A stretch of 64,000 bases of DNA. Origin: Escherichia coli. GTDB taxonomy: Bacteria > Pseudomonadota > Gammaproteobacteria > Enterobacterales > Enterobacteriaceae. The notes under the pieces were generated by a model. That model worked only from the letters and a program-made list of their open reading frames with translations, did no database searches and was not told the origin of the DNA. Shown one piece after another: positions 42,879 through 57,135 of the stretch. Every line of letters starts with the position of its first letter. Position 1 is the stretch's first letter. The stretch lies in NCBI RefSeq assembly GCF_046105845.1, contig NZ_CP151004.1; one strand, written 5' to 3'. The position numbers and the translations under genes were made by a program.

Positions 42879-43586
42879 GAATAACGCCCACATGCTGTTC
42901 TTATTATTCCCTGGGGACTACGGGCACAGAGGTTAACTTTCTGTTACCTGGAGACGTCGGGATTTCCTTCCTCCGGTCTGCTTGCGGGTCAGACAGCGTC
43001 CTTTCTATAACTGCGCGTCATGCAAAACACTGCTTCCAGATGCGAAAACGACACGTTACAACGCTGGGTGGCTCGGGATTGCAGGGTGTTCCGGAGACCT
43101 GGCGGCAGTATAGGCTGTTCACAAAATCATTACAATTAACCTACATATAGTTTGTCGGGTTTTATCCTGAACAGTGATCCAGGTCACGATAACAACATTT
43201 ATTTAATTTTTAATCATCTAATTTGACAATCATTCAACAAAGTTGTTACAAACATTACCAGGAAAAGCATATAATGCGTAAAAGTTATGAAGTCGGTATT
43301 TCACCTAAGATTAACTTATGTAACAGTGTGGAAGTATTGACCAATTCATTCGGGACAGTTATTAGTGGTAAACAAGTTTAATAATTCGGATTGCTAAGTA
43401 CTTGATTCGCCATTTATTCGTCATCAATGGATCCTTTACCTGCAAGCGCCCAGAGCTCTGTACCCAGGTTTTCCCCTCTTTCACAGAGCGGCGAGCCAAA
43501 TAACAAACGGGTAAAGCCAGGTTGATGTGCGAAGGCAAATTTAAGTTCCGGCAGTCTTACGCAATAAGGCGCTAAGGAGACCTTAA

Positions 43587-44870
43587 ATGGCTGATACAAA
43601 AGCAAAACTCACCCTCAACGGGGACACAGCTGTTGAACTGGATGTGCTGAAAGGCACGCTGGGTCAAGATGTTATTGATATCCGTACTCTCGGTTCAAAA
43701 GGTGTGTTCACCTTTGACCCAGGCTTCACTTCAACCGCATCCTGCGAATCTAAAATTACTTTTATTGATGGTGATGAAGGTATTTTGCTGCACCGCGGTT
43801 TCCCGATCGATCAGCTGGCGACCGATTCTAACTACCTGGAAGTTTGTTACATCCTGCTGAATGGTGAAAAACCGACTCAGGAACAGTATGACGAATTTAA
43901 AACTACGGTGACCCGTCATACCATGATCCACGAGCAGATTACCCGTCTGTTCCATGCTTTCCGTCGCGACTCGCATCCAATGGCAGTCATGTGTGGTATT
44001 ACCGGCGCGCTGGCGGCGTTCTATCACGACTCGCTGGATGTTAACAATCCTCGTCATCGTGAAATTGCCGCGTTCCGCCTGCTGTCGAAAATGCCGACCA
44101 TGGCCGCGATGTGTTACAAGTATTCCATTGGTCAGCCATTTGTTTACCCGCGCAACGATCTCTCCTATGCCGGTAACTTCCTGAATATGATGTTCTCCAC
44201 GCCGTGCGAACCGTATGAAGTTAATCCGATTCTGGAACGTGCTATGGACCGTATTCTGATCCTGCACGCTGACCATGAACAGAACGCCTCTACCTCCACC
44301 GTGCGTACCGCTGGCTCTTCGGGGGCGAACCCGTTTGCCTGTATCGCAGCAGGTATTGCTTCACTGTGGGGACCTGCGCACGGTGGTGCTAACGAAGCGG
44401 CGCTGAAAATGCTGGAAGAAATCAGCTCCGTTAAACACATTCCGGAATTTGTTCGTCGTGCGAAAGATAAAAATGACTCTTTCCGCCTGATGGGCTTCGG
44501 TCACCGCGTATACAAAAATTACGACCCGCGCGCCACCGTAATGCGTGAAACCTGCCATGAAGTGCTGAAAGAGCTGGGCACCAAAGATGACCTGCTGGAA
44601 GTGGCTATGGAGCTGGAAAACATCGCGCTGAACGACCCGTACTTTATCGAGAAGAAACTCTATCCGAACGTCGATTTCTACTCTGGTATCATCCTGAAAG
44701 CGATGGGTATTCCGTCTTCTATGTTCACCGTGATCTTCGCTATGGCACGCACCGTTGGCTGGATCGCCCACTGGAGCGAAATGCACAGTGACGGTATGAA
44801 GATTGCCCGTCCGCGTCAACTGTATACAGGATATGAAAAACGCGACTTTAAAAGCGACATCAAGCGTTAA
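43587..44870 (+). CDS. gltA: citrate synthase (type II)
   Basis: 427 aa; matches E. coli GltA; divergent from sdhC across a roughly 700 bp regulatory region. Confidence 0.97.
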   Translation: MADTKAKLTLNGDTAVELDVLKGTLGQDVIDIRTLGSKGVFTFDPGFTSTASCESKITFIDGDEGILLHRGFPIDQLATDSNYLEVCYILLNGEKPTQEQYDEFKTTVTRHTMIHEQITRLFHAFRRDSHPMAVMCGITGALAAFYHDSLDVNNPRHREIAAFRLLSKMPTMAAMCYKYSIGQPFVYPRNDLSYAGNFLNMMFSTPCEPYEVNPILERAMDRILILHADHEQNASTSTVRTAGSSGANPFACIAAGIASLWGPAHGGANEAALKMLEEISSVKHIPEFVRRAKDKNDSFRLMGFGHRVYKNYDPRATVMRETCHEVLKELGTKDDLLEVAMELENIALNDPYFIEKKLYPNVDFYSGIILKAMGIPSSMFTVIFAMARTVGWIAHWSEMHSDGMKIARPRQLYTGYEKRDFKSDIKR

Positions 44871-44898
44871 TGGTTGATTGCTAAGCCGTTTACTTTCC

Positions 44899-44931
44899 GG
44901 ACCCGCCTTTAATAGAGCGGGTTCTTTTTTA
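44899..44931 (+). terminator. rho-independent terminator after gltA
   Basis: Hairpin acccgc...gcgggt followed by ttttttat. Confidence 0.6.
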
Positions 44932-44998
44932 TATGGCTGAACATAATAAATTGTAAAAATTAAACCAGATGCAAATACCCATTAATAAGGTGAAAAAA

Positions 44999-45012
44999 TG
45001 TGACAAGTCACA
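44999..45012. promoter_or_regulatory. perfect palindrome TGTGAC-AA-GTCACA upstream of the fimbrial operon (candidate operator)
   Basis: 14-bp perfect inverted repeat about 250 bp upstream of ybgD in an AT-rich region; the 2-bp spacer does not fit CRP (N6) geometry. Confidence 0.3.
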
Positions 45013-45259
45013 TACTGAGCAGAATGATAAGTTTATTTTTATACTTTCATGCCGGTAGCATTGTTAACCCAATGAAAATCATGCATATCCATCCCACCCC
45101 ATCCTTCATCTCATTAAACAATAAATTTATGCACTCAATTATTCCATTCTTTATATAACAAGCTTTTTAATATTGTTAAATAAAACCAAATACATTCAAC
45201 TGTCAGTTAATATATTCTTGCCTCGCAACACTCTATCTCATTATTTAAAGGACTCAGCT

Positions 45260-45826
45260 ATGTTTAAAGGACAAAAAACATTGGCCGCACTGGCCGTATC
45301 TCTGCTGTTCACTGCACCTGTTTATGCGGCTGATGAAGGATCCGGTGAAATTCACTTTAAAGGTGAAGTTATTGAAGCACCGTGTGAAATACATCAGGAT
45401 GATATTGATAAAGAAGTTGAACTCGGTCAGGTGACCACCAGCCACATTAATCAGTCGCATCACAGCGATGCCGTTGCTGTCGACCTGCGCTTAGTCAACT
45501 GCGATCTGGAAAACTCCAACAACGGTTCCGGCGGCAAGATTTCTAAAGTTGCAGTCACCTTTGACAGCTCAGCGAAAACCACCGGCGCAGATCCGATTCT
45601 CAACAACACCAGCACGGGTGAAGCGACCGGTGTCGGCGTGCGTTTAATGAATAAAGATCAAAGCAATATCGTTTTAGGCACCGCTACTCCAGATATCGAC
45701 CTGGCACCAACCTCCAGCGAACAAACGTTAAATTTCTTTGCGTGGATGGAACAAATTGATCAGGCTACGCCCGTAACACCAGGCGCAGTTACGGCGAATG
45801 CGACCTACGTACTGGATTATAAATAA
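45260..45826 (+). CDS. ybgD: fimbrial major subunit-like protein
   Basis: 188 aa from MFKGQKTLAALAVSLLFTAPVYA (signal peptide) with AAGGA RBS; fimbrial-subunit size; first gene of a chaperone-usher operon. Confidence 0.9.
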   Translation: MFKGQKTLAALAVSLLFTAPVYAADEGSGEIHFKGEVIEAPCEIHQDDIDKEVELGQVTTSHINQSHHSDAVAVDLRLVNCDLENSNNGSGGKISKVAVTFDSSAKTTGADPILNNTSTGEATGVGVRLMNKDQSNIVLGTATPDIDLAPTSSEQTLNFFAWMEQIDQATPVTPGAVTANATYVLDYK

Positions 45827-45876
45827 GTATCACTTTGGCGGCGTCATCGCCGCCTTTCTTCAAATATTTATCAGGT

Positions 45877-48336
45877 ATGGACACCGTGAATATTTATCGA
45901 CTCTCTTTTATATCCTGCCTGGTCATGGCGATACCTTCCGCATTGGCGGTCGAATTCAACCTGAATGTCCTCGATAAATCGATGCGAGATCGCATTGATA
46001 TTTCATTATTAAAGGAAAAAGGGGGCATTGCTCCCGGTGAATATTTTGTTAGCGTTGCAGTAAATAACAACCAAATCAGTAACGGACAAAAAATTGACTG
46101 GAAAAAGAACGGTGACCAAACCATTCCGTGTATTAATGATTTACTGGTAGATAAATTTGGTTTAAAACCTGAAGTTCGTCAGTCGTTACCACGGTTAAAC
46201 CAGTGCGTCGATTTTAGCTCCCGGCCTGAAATTCTCTTCATTTTTGATCAGGCTAGCCAGCAACTGAATATCACTATTCCACAAGCCTGGCTGGCGTGGC
46301 ACTCAGATAACTGGACTCCCCCCTCAACATGGAAAGAAGGTGTCGCCGGCGTCCTGATGGATTACAACCTGTTTGCAAGCAGCTACCGCCCACAGGATGG
46401 TAGCAACAGCACTAACCTGAACGCCTATGGAACAGCCGGAATTAACGCCGGGGCATGGCGCTTACGCAGTGATTACCAGCTTAATAAGACCGATAGCGAA
46501 GATAACCATGACCAGTCAGGCGGAATATCGCGCACCTATCTTTTTCGTCCATTACCGCAATTAGGCTCTAAGTTAACCCTCGGCGAAACCGATTTCAGTT
46601 CCAATATTTTCGACGGCTTTTCTTATACCGGCGCGGCACTGGCAAGTGACGATCGGATGTTACCGTGGGAGCTACGCGGCTACGCCCCACAAATCAGCGG
46701 CATTGCACAAACCAACGCCACCGTCACCGTGAGTCACTCAGGGCGAGTTATTTACCAGAAAAAAGTCCCACCAGGTCCGTTTATCATTGATGACCTTAAT
46801 CAGTCCGTCCAGGGTACGTTGGATGTCAAAGTGACGGAAGAAGATGGTCGGGTGAACAATTTCCAGGTTTCGGCAGCATCGACGCCCTTCCTGACTCGCC
46901 AGGGACAGGTTCGCTATAAATTGGCCGCGGGTCAGCCACGGCCCTCCATGTCACATCAAACTGAAAATGAAACCTTTTTTAGCAATGAAGTTTCCTGGGG
47001 GATGCTGTCAAATACCTCGCTGTACGGCGGCCTGCTGATTTCGGGTGACGACTACCATTCTGCCGCAATGGGTATCGGGCAAAATATGCTCTGGCTTGGT
47101 GCATTGTCGTTTGATGTCACCTGGGCCAGTAGTCAGTTTGATACTCAGCAGGACGAGCGGGGCTTAAGTTACCGCTTTAATTACAGCAAACAAGTGGATG
47201 CCACTAACAGCACGATTTCGCTCGCCGCTTATCGCTTTTCAGATCGTCATTTTCACAGCTACGCCAACTATCTGGATCACAAATACAACGACAACGATGC
47301 GCAGGACGAAAAACAGACGATCAGCTTATCCGTGGGGCAACCGATTACCCCACTGAACCTCAATCTGTACGCCAACCTGCTGCATCAAACCTGGTGGAAT
47401 GCAGACGCCTCCACGACCGCCAACATCACGGCGGGTTTTAATGTTGATATTGGTAACTGGAGAGATATCTCGATCTCGACGTCATTCAATACAACCCATT
47501 ACGAAGATAAAGATCGCGACAATCAGATTTACCTGTCGATTTCGCTTCCCTTCGGTAACGGGGGGCGGGTCGGTTATGACATGCAAAACAGTAGTCAAAG
47601 CACCACGCACCGCATGTCGTGGAATGATACGTTGGATGAACGTAATAGCTGGGGCATGTCTACCGGACTGCAATCCGACCGTCCGGATAATGGAGCCCAG
47701 GTGAGCGGTAACTATCAGCACCTGAGTTCAGCGGGTGAGTGGGATATTTCTGGTACCTATGCCGCCAATGATTACAGTTCCGTCAGCAGCAGCTGGAGCG
47801 GTTCTTTCACGGCAACTCAATATGGTGCGGCGTTCCATCGTCGCAGCTCCACCAATGAACCACGTCTGATGGTCAGTACCGATGGCGTGGCAGATATTCC
47901 GGTTCAGGGCCATCTCGACTACACCAACCATTTTGGCATTGCGGTGGTGCCGTTGATTTCCAGTTATCAGCCTTCCACCGTGGCGGTGAACATGAATGAC
48001 TTACCCAACGGCGTAACAGTGGCAGAAAACGTTATCAAAGAAACGTGGATTGAAGGCGCGATAGGTTACAAATCACTGGCTTCCCGTTCCGGTAAAGACG
48101 TTAACGTCATCATTCGCAACGCCAGCGGTCAGTTCCCTCCCCTCGGTGCGGATATCCGCCAGGATGATAGCAGCATTAGCGTGGGGATGGTTGGCGAGGA
48201 AGGACACGCCTGGTTAAGTGGAGTCTCTGAAAATCAACAATTTACCGTGGTCTGGGGTGATAGCCAGCGTTGCTCGATCCATCTTCCTGAACATATGGAA
48301 GACACCGCAAATCGCCTGATTTTACCTTGTCATTAA
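45877..48336 (+). CDS. ybgQ: fimbrial outer-membrane usher protein
   Basis: About 819 aa from MDTVNIYRLSFISCLVMAIPSALA; start is ambiguous (TTG 45835, ATG 45877, GTG 45886); usher-family length. Confidence 0.88.
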   Translation: MDTVNIYRLSFISCLVMAIPSALAVEFNLNVLDKSMRDRIDISLLKEKGGIAPGEYFVSVAVNNNQISNGQKIDWKKNGDQTIPCINDLLVDKFGLKPEVRQSLPRLNQCVDFSSRPEILFIFDQASQQLNITIPQAWLAWHSDNWTPPSTWKEGVAGVLMDYNLFASSYRPQDGSNSTNLNAYGTAGINAGAWRLRSDYQLNKTDSEDNHDQSGGISRTYLFRPLPQLGSKLTLGETDFSSNIFDGFSYTGAALASDDRMLPWELRGYAPQISGIAQTNATVTVSHSGRVIYQKKVPPGPFIIDDLNQSVQGTLDVKVTEEDGRVNNFQVSAASTPFLTRQGQVRYKLAAGQPRPSMSHQTENETFFSNEVSWGMLSNTSLYGGLLISGDDYHSAAMGIGQNMLWLGALSFDVTWASSQFDTQQDERGLSYRFNYSKQVDATNSTISLAAYRFSDRHFHSYANYLDHKYNDNDAQDEKQTISLSVGQPITPLNLNLYANLLHQTWWNADASTTANITAGFNVDIGNWRDISISTSFNTTHYEDKDRDNQIYLSISLPFGNGGRVGYDMQNSSQSTTHRMSWNDTLDERNSWGMSTGLQSDRPDNGAQVSGNYQHLSSAGEWDISGTYAANDYSSVSSSWSGSFTATQYGAAFHRRSSTNEPRLMVSTDGVADIPVQGHLDYTNHFGIAVVPLISSYQPSTVAVNMNDLPNGVTVAENVIKETWIEGAIGYKSLASRSGKDVNVIIRNASGQFPPLGADIRQDDSSISVGMVGEEGHAWLSGVSENQQFTVVWGDSQRCSIHLPEHMEDTANRLILPCH

Positions 48337-48351
48337 TTAAGGAAATGAAAA

Positions 48352-49083
48352 ATGACATTTATGAAAGGACTTCCCCTTTTGTTGTTGATTGCCAGTCTCT
48401 GCAGCTACGCTGCGCTACAACCCGATCGCACTCGCATTGTGTTTAACGCTAATGATAAAGCCACCAGCCTGCGAGTGGATAATCGTAGCGATAAACTCCC
48501 CTACCTCGCTTATTCCTGGCTCGAAAATGAAAAAGGGGAGAAAAGCGATGATCTTCTGGTTGCCCTGCCACCGATACAACGTCTGGAACCGAAAGCAACA
48601 ACGCAGGTACGGATAGTAAAGCAAGTCTCGACCACAAAATTACCGGGCGATCGCGAAACGCTATTTTTCTACAATATGCGTGAAATTCCTCCCGCCCCGG
48701 AAAAAAATAGCGACCATGCCGTTCTGCAAGTCGCCATTCAGAGTCGTATCAAGGTATTCTGGCGACCGGCTGCATTACGCAAGAAAGCAGGAGAAAAGGT
48801 CGAACTGCAGTTACAGGTCAGCCAGCAGGGCAACCAACTGACACTGAAAAATCCTACCGCGTATTATCTGACCATTGCCTATCTGGGGAGAAATGAAAAA
48901 GGCGTTCTCCCGGGCTTCAAAACCGTGATGGTTGCGCCTTTTAGTACAGTAATTACAAACACCGGAAGTTATAGCGGCAGTCAGTTTTATCTCGGTTATA
49001 TGGATGATTACGGCGCGTTACGCATGACGACGCTCAATTGCAACGGACATTGCCGTTTACAAGCAGTGGAGGCGAAGAAATGA
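48352..49083 (+). CDS. ybgP: fimbrial periplasmic chaperone (PapD-like)
   Basis: 243 aa with signal peptide; chaperone-sized protein between usher and adhesin genes. Confidence 0.9.
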   Translation: MTFMKGLPLLLLIASLCSYAALQPDRTRIVFNANDKATSLRVDNRSDKLPYLAYSWLENEKGEKSDDLLVALPPIQRLEPKATTQVRIVKQVSTTKLPGDRETLFFYNMREIPPAPEKNSDHAVLQVAIQSRIKVFWRPAALRKKAGEKVELQLQVSQQGNQLTLKNPTAYYLTIAYLGRNEKGVLPGFKTVMVAPFSTVITNTGSYSGSQFYLGYMDDYGALRMTTLNCNGHCRLQAVEAKK

Positions 49084-50141
49084 GTACTGGCAAAGGATTG
49101 TTGCTCGTCATCTGTCTGTTATTTCTGCCATTGAAGTCTGCGCTAGCGCTGAACTGCTATTTTGGTACTTCCGGTGGAACGGTAGAAAAATCGGAAGCGA
49201 TTCAACCCTTTGCTGTGCCAGGTAATGCCAAACCCGGCGATAAGATTTGGGAATCTGACGATATTAAAATTCCCGTCTATTGTGACAACAATACCAACGG
49301 CAACTTTGAAAGTGAGCATGTCTACGCCTGGGTAAACCCCTACCCGGGGGTGCAGGATCGCTATTATCAACTCGGCGTAACTTACAATGGCGTTGATTAT
49401 GACGCCAACCAGGGAAAAAGCCGCATCGACACTAACCAGTGTATCGACAGTAAGAACATTGACATTTATACCCCTGAGCAGATTATCGCGATGGGATGGC
49501 AGAACAAAATTTGCTCGGGCGATCCCGCTAATATTCATATGTCGCGTACCTTTCTCGCTCGCATGCGGTTATACGTCAAAATACGAGAAATGCCTCCGCA
49601 TGATTATCAAAGTACGCTTAGCGACTATATCGTCGTGCAATTTGACGGTGCCGGTAGCGTTAACGAAGACCCTACCGCCCAAAACCTGAAATATCATATT
49701 ACTGGTCTGGAAAACATTCGCGTGCTGGATTGCAGCGTCAATTTTTCTATTTCACCAGAAACACAGGTGATTGATTTTGGTAAATTTAATTTGCTGGATA
49801 TTCGTCGCCACACAATGTCGAAAACATTCAGTATTAAGACGACAAAATCACAAAATGACCAATGCACCGACGGATTTAAAGTCAGTTCCTCCTTTTATAC
49901 CGAAGAAACGTTGGTTGAAGAAGATAAAGCATTGTTGATTGGTAATGGTCTGAAGCTACGTTTGCTGGATGAAAACGCCTCGCCTTATACCTTCAATAAA
50001 TATGCTGAATACGCCGATTTCACCAGCGATATGCTGATCTACGAAAAAACCTATACGGCTGAACTTTCGTCCATTCCAGGTACCCCCATCGAGGCTGGCC
50101 CCTTCGATACAGTGGTGCTTTTTAAGATTAACTATAACTGA
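49080..50141 (+). CDS. ybgO: fimbrial adhesin-like (tip) protein
   Basis: 353 aa from [23 protein letters not shown]; ATGA overlap with ybgP; GGAGG RBS. Confidence 0.85.
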   Translation: MSTGKGLLLVICLLFLPLKSALALNCYFGTSGGTVEKSEAIQPFAVPGNAKPGDKIWESDDIKIPVYCDNNTNGNFESEHVYAWVNPYPGVQDRYYQLGVTYNGVDYDANQGKSRIDTNQCIDSKNIDIYTPEQIIAMGWQNKICSGDPANIHMSRTFLARMRLYVKIREMPPHDYQSTLSDYIVVQFDGAGSVNEDPTAQNLKYHITGLENIRVLDCSVNFSISPETQVIDFGKFNLLDIRRHTMSKTFSIKTTKSQNDQCTDGFKVSSSFYTEETLVEEDKALLIGNGLKLRLLDENASPYTFNKYAEYADFTSDMLIYEKTYTAELSSIPGTPIEAGPFDTVVLFKINYN

Positions 50142-50292
50142 TTTGCCATGGTGTCCTTTGCAGCCGGAAAGGGCATCTCTTTCAGAAAATTGCTGATTTT
50201 CCCCTTTTCCTTGATTGCTGTTATTTTTTCCTGGCCCGGCTTTCTTTATGCTGTATCGATACACCAAAGAGAAAATAATGAGGGAGCGAAGG

Positions 50293-51339
50293 ATGCCAGT
50301 TTTGCAGTGGGGAATGTTATGTGTGCTATCACTTCTCCTTTCTATTGGTTTCCTCGCGGTACATCTCCCGGCGGCACTATTACTTGGGCCGATGATCGCC
50401 GGGATCATCTTTAGTATGCGCGGAATTACTCTGCAACTTCCCCGCTCCGCTTTTCTCGCCGCCCAGGCCATTCTTGGCTGCATGATTGCGCAAAACCTCA
50501 CTGGTTCGATTCTCACCACCCTGGCCGTCAACTGGCCGATCGTGCTTGCAATTTTACTGGTGACGCTGCTTTCCAGCGCCATCGTGGGTTGGTTATTGGT
50601 GCGCTATAGCTCACTGCCTGGAAATACCGGTGCCTGGGGTTCTTCTCCTGGCGGCGCGGCGGCAATGGTCGCTATGGCGCAAGATTACGGCGCAGATATT
50701 CGCCTGGTGGCGTTTATGCAATATCTGCGAGTGCTGTTCGTCGCAGGGGCCGCTGTTCTGGTCACCCGCATGATGCTGGGCGATAACGCTGAAGCGGTTA
50801 ACCAGCAGATCGTCTGGTTCCCGCCAGTGAGCATTAATCTCCTGCTTACGATTTTGCTCGCGGTCGTTGCCGGTACGGCGGGATGCTTGCTACGTCTTCC
50901 TTCCGGCACGATGCTCATCCCGATGCTGGCGGGCGCAGTGCTCCAGTCTGGTCAGCTCATCACGATTGAACTCCCGGAATGGCTGCTGGCGATGGCGTAT
51001 ATGGCAATTGGCTGGAGGATTGGTCTTGGTTTCGATAAGCAAATCTTACTGCGAGCATTGCGCCCACTGCCACAAATCTTGCTGTCGATTTTTGCTCTGC
51101 TGGCTATTTGTGCAGGTATGGCGTGGGGGCTGACCCGGTTTATGCATATTGATTTTATGACCGCCTACCTCGCCACCAGTCCCGGCGGGCTTGATACCGT
51201 GGCGGTCATCGCCGCAGGGAGCAATGCCGATATGGCGCTTATTATGGCGATGCAAACCCTGCGCCTGTTCAGTATTTTGCTGACGGGGCCAGCCATTGCG
51301 CGGTTTATTTCAACCTATGCGCCGAAGCGGTCGGCCTAG
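50293..51339 (+). CDS. abrB: AbrB-family membrane transporter (putative regulator of aidB expression)
   Basis: 348 aa from [20 protein letters not shown] with AGGGAG RBS; polytopic membrane protein; ORF-track start 26 codons upstream rejected. Confidence 0.9.
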   Translation: MPVLQWGMLCVLSLLLSIGFLAVHLPAALLLGPMIAGIIFSMRGITLQLPRSAFLAAQAILGCMIAQNLTGSILTTLAVNWPIVLAILLVTLLSSAIVGWLLVRYSSLPGNTGAWGSSPGGAAAMVAMAQDYGADIRLVAFMQYLRVLFVAGAAVLVTRMMLGDNAEAVNQQIVWFPPVSINLLLTILLAVVAGTAGCLLRLPSGTMLIPMLAGAVLQSGQLITIELPEWLLAMAYMAIGWRIGLGFDKQILLRALRPLPQILLSIFALLAICAGMAWGLTRFMHIDFMTAYLATSPGGLDTVAVIAAGSNADMALIMAMQTLRLFSILLTGPAIARFISTYAPKRSA

Positions 51340-52127
51340 TGCTGGCAGCCTGGACACCAGTAAAACGGGCGCGAGGACAACGTGGTTTTCTCAATGATGC
51401 TGCCACAGCGTTCACACGGTTCGCCATCACGATGAAAAACCTTAAAGCGAAACAACGCCCCATGATGTTTATTCTCATCCACCTGCCCCCGCGTAGCGTA
51501 AGAAAGTCGAGGAATATCCAGTAACGCGTGTGCGAGTGCATCCAGTTGCGCCGCACTGAGATCTTTCGCTTTATGATTGCCGGTTAACCCCACCTGCCAG
51601 AGGATCTCCACCCGCAAATAATTGCCAAGTCCTGCCAGAAACGCCTGATCGAGCAGTAATCCAGCAAACTGACGGTTACGAAAGCGCGGCGACAATAATC
51701 GTTCCTTTACCACCTCCGGCGTCAGATTCGGATCCAGCACATCGGGGCCAACGCGTTGTAAAAACGGATGCGTGGTCAGTTGTTCCGGGGTCAACATCTC
51801 AATATCCGAGGCGCTATAAAGCAGAATGGTTTTGTCAGCCGTTTGCAGTTTTACCCGCAATACTCGCGTGGTCTGCGGCTCTTCGCCGGTATCAACCACG
51901 CGCCAGACGCCGTAAAGCTGATTATGGCTGTAGAGCGTTAAACCGTTGGAAAAATGAGTTAACAACGCCTTACCTCGCGTTTCCACATGGGTAACGTGTT
52001 GACCGATAAGTTGTGATTGATAAGGTTCTAACTGCGGGAAGGCAAACCAGACATCAGTTAGTGGTTTGCCTTTGATCGCCGCCTCCAGGTTATCCGCTGC
52101 ACGGCGGATCTCCGGGCCTTCAGGCAT
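51336..52127 (-). CDS. nei: endonuclease VIII (DNA glycosylase/AP lyase)
   Basis: 263 aa; N-terminal MPEGPEI catalytic motif, C-terminal zinc finger CxxC...CxxC; 4-bp convergent overlap with abrB. Confidence 0.96.
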   Translation of the reverse strand: MPEGPEIRRAADNLEAAIKGKPLTDVWFAFPQLEPYQSQLIGQHVTHVETRGKALLTHFSNGLTLYSHNQLYGVWRVVDTGEEPQTTRVLRVKLQTADKTILLYSASDIEMLTPEQLTTHPFLQRVGPDVLDPNLTPEVVKERLLSPRFRNRQFAGLLLDQAFLAGLGNYLRVEILWQVGLTGNHKAKDLSAAQLDALAHALLDIPRLSYATRGQVDENKHHGALFRFKVFHRDGEPCERCGSIIEKTTLSSRPFYWCPGCQH

Positions 52128-52162
52128 GGTGATATCCTTTTTTCATTCTTTATTAAGCGGGG

Positions 52163-52897
52163 TTATGCTGCGACAACAATCCCCTTTTCGGCAAATGTAG
52201 AGCGTAGTCGGCGGGCGAATGCCAGTGCGTGTTCTCCATCGCCATGCAGGCAGACCGTTTGCGCCGTGACCGTTGCCCATTCGCCGTTGATACTTTTGAC
52301 TCTGCCGTGTTGCACCATCTCCAACGTTTGCGCCAGCGCCTGTTCTTCGTTTTCAATCAACGCGCCTGGCTGGCTTCGCGGCACCAGCGAGCCGTCAGCC
52401 TGATAACCGCGATCGGCAAACACTTCCTCGCGCGTTATCAGACCATATCGCTTGCCTGCACGAATCAGCTCGCTTCCCGCCAGCCCGACGAGAATCAATG
52501 ACGGATCGCAAGCGTATACCGCTCTGGCGATGGCGTCTGCCAGTTGTGCCTCTTTCGCCGCCTGGTTGTATAACATGCCGTGCGGTTTGACATGACGCAT
52601 TACGCCCCCTTGTGCACGGGTAATCGCTGCCAGCGCGCCAATTTGATACAGCGTCTGGGCGTAAACGGTTTCTGGCGGCAGCTGCATGGCACTGCGACCA
52701 AAATTTTCCCGGTCGGGAAAACTCGGGTGAGCGCCAATCGCGACACCATTTTTTATTGCTTCACGCACGCAAGCCTGCATGATTTGCGCATCGCCTGCAT
52801 GAAATCCACAAGCAATATTGGCAGAGGAAACCAGCGTTAATAGCTCTGCGTCGCTGGCGCAGCCTTCGCCCAGATCGGCGTTCAGGTCAATTTTCAT
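52163..52897 (-). CDS. pxpA: 5-oxoprolinase subunit A (LamB/YcsF family)
   Basis: 244 aa; matches E. coli YbgL/PxpA. Confidence 0.93.
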   Translation of the reverse strand: MKIDLNADLGEGCASDAELLTLVSSANIACGFHAGDAQIMQACVREAIKNGVAIGAHPSFPDRENFGRSAMQLPPETVYAQTLYQIGALAAITRAQGGVMRHVKPHGMLYNQAAKEAQLADAIARAVYACDPSLILVGLAGSELIRAGKRYGLITREEVFADRGYQADGSLVPRSQPGALIENEEQALAQTLEMVQHGRVKSINGEWATVTAQTVCLHGDGEHALAFARRLRSTFAEKGIVVAA

Positions 52898-53819
52898 TGT
52901 GCAGCCGCCACGCTAATTGTTCGAAATAACGTTGTTGATCTTGCCGCGCTTTCAGTGCCTCTTCCAGTGAACACTGGACAAAATGAATCGGCTGACCGAG
53001 CGGAATTTGCGCCAGATGGTACATATCAGCCTCAATGATACAGGCAATACGCGGATAACCACCGGTGGTCTGTGCGTCGTTCATCAATACAATCGGCTGG
53101 CCGTTATGCGGCACTTGCACCACACCCGGCAACAAACCGTGAGATAACAGTTCGCGATCGGTGGTGCGTTTTAAAATTTGCCCCTGTAAGCGATAGCCCA
53201 TGCGGTTACTTTGCGGACTAAGCTGCCAGGGCGAACGCCAGAATGCATCCTGCGAGGCGCGATCGAACTCATGATATTCCGGCCCCGGCAAGGCGCGAAT
53301 GCGGTTGCCCCACAGCAGCTGTTTAACGCCCTGCGCTTCCATAAAATCACGCTTCGATTTACCCATCGGGAGTCGGTCACCATCCTTCAGTAAACGGCCT
53401 TCCAGCCCGCCAATCCCCACTTTGAGATCGGTACTGCATGACCCCATTACCGGCGGAACATCAATACCACCCGCGACCGCCAGATAACTGCGCATCCCGT
53501 GCAGCGGGCGTTTAAGCGTTAAACGCTGGCCTGCTTTCATCGGCAATCGCCAGCCAGTCCAGACGGCATTATCATCCAGCCGCGCTTCGCAACCTGCCCC
53601 CGTCAGGGCAAACCACCCATCAGTTTCGAACTCTACCGTTAACTGACCGAGCGTTATCTCCAGCGCGGGGGCATTGGCGTCATTACCCACCAGCAGGTTA
53701 GCAATGCGTAACGCAGGCATATCCAGTGCGCCGCAGTGGCTGATACCCGACTGGCGAAAACCGTGACGACCGCCATCCTGCACAGTGGTATACATGCCCG
53801 CACGAATAATCTTCAGCAT
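52887..53819 (-). CDS. pxpC: 5-oxoprolinase subunit C
   Basis: 310 aa; matches E. coli YbgK/PxpC. Confidence 0.93.
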   Translation of the reverse strand: MLKIIRAGMYTTVQDGGRHGFRQSGISHCGALDMPALRIANLLVGNDANAPALEITLGQLTVEFETDGWFALTGAGCEARLDDNAVWTGWRLPMKAGQRLTLKRPLHGMRSYLAVAGGIDVPPVMGSCSTDLKVGIGGLEGRLLKDGDRLPMGKSKRDFMEAQGVKQLLWGNRIRALPGPEYHEFDRASQDAFWRSPWQLSPQSNRMGYRLQGQILKRTTDRELLSHGLLPGVVQVPHNGQPIVLMNDAQTTGGYPRIACIIEADMYHLAQIPLGQPIHFVQCSLEEALKARQDQQRYFEQLAWRLHNEN

Positions 53820-54469
53820 ACTCCCTCCTTCTGCGGTACAAAGCGCACGCTGTCTCCCGGACGTAATAAGATGGGTTCGTCACGCGCCGGATCAAACAGG
53901 CTGAGTGAGGTATGACCAATCAACTGCCAGCCACCCGGCGTTGCCAGCGGATAAACACCAGTCTGTGGCCCGCCGATCCCGACAGAACCTGCCGGAACGA
54001 GCAAGCGCGGTTCAGCGCGCCGTGGCGTGTGTATTTGTTCCGGCAAACTCCCGAGATACGGGAAGCCCGGTTGAAAACCTAAAAACCAGACCACGTATTC
54101 CACGGAGGAGTGTAATTCAACAACCTGTTTCTCACTCAACCCACAATGCGCCGCGACCACCGCTAAATCCGGTCCGCCTGCACCACCGTAAACCACCGGA
54201 ATTTCAATAAAGCGAGACTCCGGCTCCAGCGCCTCACTCTCCTCCCACCAGCGTTGCAAACGCTCTATGGCATCCAGCGCCAGCGACTCAGGATTACGCA
54301 AAATCACCGTGATATTGTTCATGCCGGGAATGGCTTCAACCACATTCGGCATATCCACCAGACGCTGTGCCAGTCGCCAGATCCGTTTCTGGCTAGCCAG
54401 CGTCACCGGCGGTTCCAGTTCCAGCACTACCGCCGTTTCACCTATCAGATAACAACGCGCTCGTTGCAC
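53813..54469 (-). CDS. pxpB: 5-oxoprolinase subunit B
   Basis: 218 aa; matches E. coli YbgJ/PxpB. Confidence 0.93.
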   Translation of the reverse strand: MQRARCYLIGETAVVLELEPPVTLASQKRIWRLAQRLVDMPNVVEAIPGMNNITVILRNPESLALDAIERLQRWWEESEALEPESRFIEIPVVYGGAGGPDLAVVAAHCGLSEKQVVELHSSVEYVVWFLGFQPGFPYLGSLPEQIHTPRRAEPRLLVPAGSVGIGGPQTGVYPLATPGGWQLIGHTSLSLFDPARDEPILLRPGDSVRFVPQKEGVC

Positions 54470-54491
54470 TTTCGATCCCTCTGATTATTCG

Positions 54492-55235
54492 TTATGCAGG
54501 ATTAGGAATATCAATAAAGGTCACATCAAGATCGGTATTTTCATTCAGCCACTCGCTCAACGCGCGAATACCACCACGTTCAGTGGCATGGTGACCCGCA
54601 GCATAAAAATGCAATCCCTGCTCGCGGGCTGAATGAATGGTCTGTTCAGAAACTTCGCCAGTAATAAAAGCATCCACGCCAAAACGCGCGGCGCTATCGA
54701 TAAAACTTTGCCCGCCGCCCGTGCACCAGGCAACGCGCTGGACCACCTCAGGTCCGGTATCGCCACACCATAACGGCTTACGTCCCAGACGCGCTTCAAT
54801 CCAGGAGGCTAGTTCCAGTCCCGGCACAGGCATGGTCAGTTCGCCCCACGGCACCAACGGCTCAATTTCGCCCATGACCGTGATCCCCAGTAACGCCGCC
54901 AGCTGTGCGTTATTGCCCAGCTCAGGATGTGCGTCAAGCGGCAAATGCCAGCCATACAGGTTGATATCATTTGCCAGCAACGTTTTTAAACGGTTACGCT
55001 TCATGCCGCGAATGACCGGAGATTCGCCTTTCCAGAAGTAGCCATGATGCACAATGACCGCATCCGCGCCCAGACGCACTGCCTCATCGAGCAAAGCCTG
55101 GCTGGCAGTGACACCGGTAACAATTTTTTGCACCGTCTCTTTGCCTTCCACCTGCAAACCATTCGGCGCGTAATCACTAATCGCCGCGCTGTTCAGTTTT
55201 TCGTTAATCAGTTGTTCCAGTTCGGTGTTTTTCAT
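54492..55235 (-). CDS. ybgI: NIF3-family metal-binding protein YbgI (GTP cyclohydrolase 1 type 2 homolog)
   Basis: 247 aa; matches E. coli YbgI. Confidence 0.93.
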   Translation of the reverse strand: MKNTELEQLINEKLNSAAISDYAPNGLQVEGKETVQKIVTGVTASQALLDEAVRLGADAVIVHHGYFWKGESPVIRGMKRNRLKTLLANDINLYGWHLPLDAHPELGNNAQLAALLGITVMGEIEPLVPWGELTMPVPGLELASWIEARLGRKPLWCGDTGPEVVQRVAWCTGGGQSFIDSAARFGVDAFITGEVSEQTIHSAREQGLHFYAAGHHATERGGIRALSEWLNENTDLDVTFIDIPNPA

Positions 55236-55322
55236 CTTCGCGCCTTCCGTATTCTGATAGCTACACCGTTAACATAGCGTTACCTCGCCTGTTCGTCGAT
55301 AGCCAATCTTTTGACATATTAA

Positions 55323-56987
<1,665 letters not shown>

Positions 56988-57001
56988 CAGGCCAGCACCG
57001 A

Positions 57002-57135
57002 TGCCTGATGCGACGCTTAATGCGTCTTATCAGGCCTGGATTTCCCTGCAATATATTGAATTTGCACTATTTGCCAGGCCGGAGAAGGCGTTCACGCAGT
57101 ATCCGGCATCCGGGCAAGATTGCCTGACGCGTCTG
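57002..57135. repeat. BIME/REP cluster between convergent dtpD and phr
   Basis: gcctgatgcgacgcttaatgcgtcttatcaggcc followed by further REP-like palindromes (gccggagaaggcg...ccggcatccggg, ttgcctgacgcgtctg). Confidence 0.7.

Noticed and set aside
44999-45012. TGTGACAAGTCACA as a CRP site
   Set aside because: CRP half-sites TGTGA/TCACA are present but separated by 4 bp instead of 6, so it is recorded only as an unassigned palindrome.
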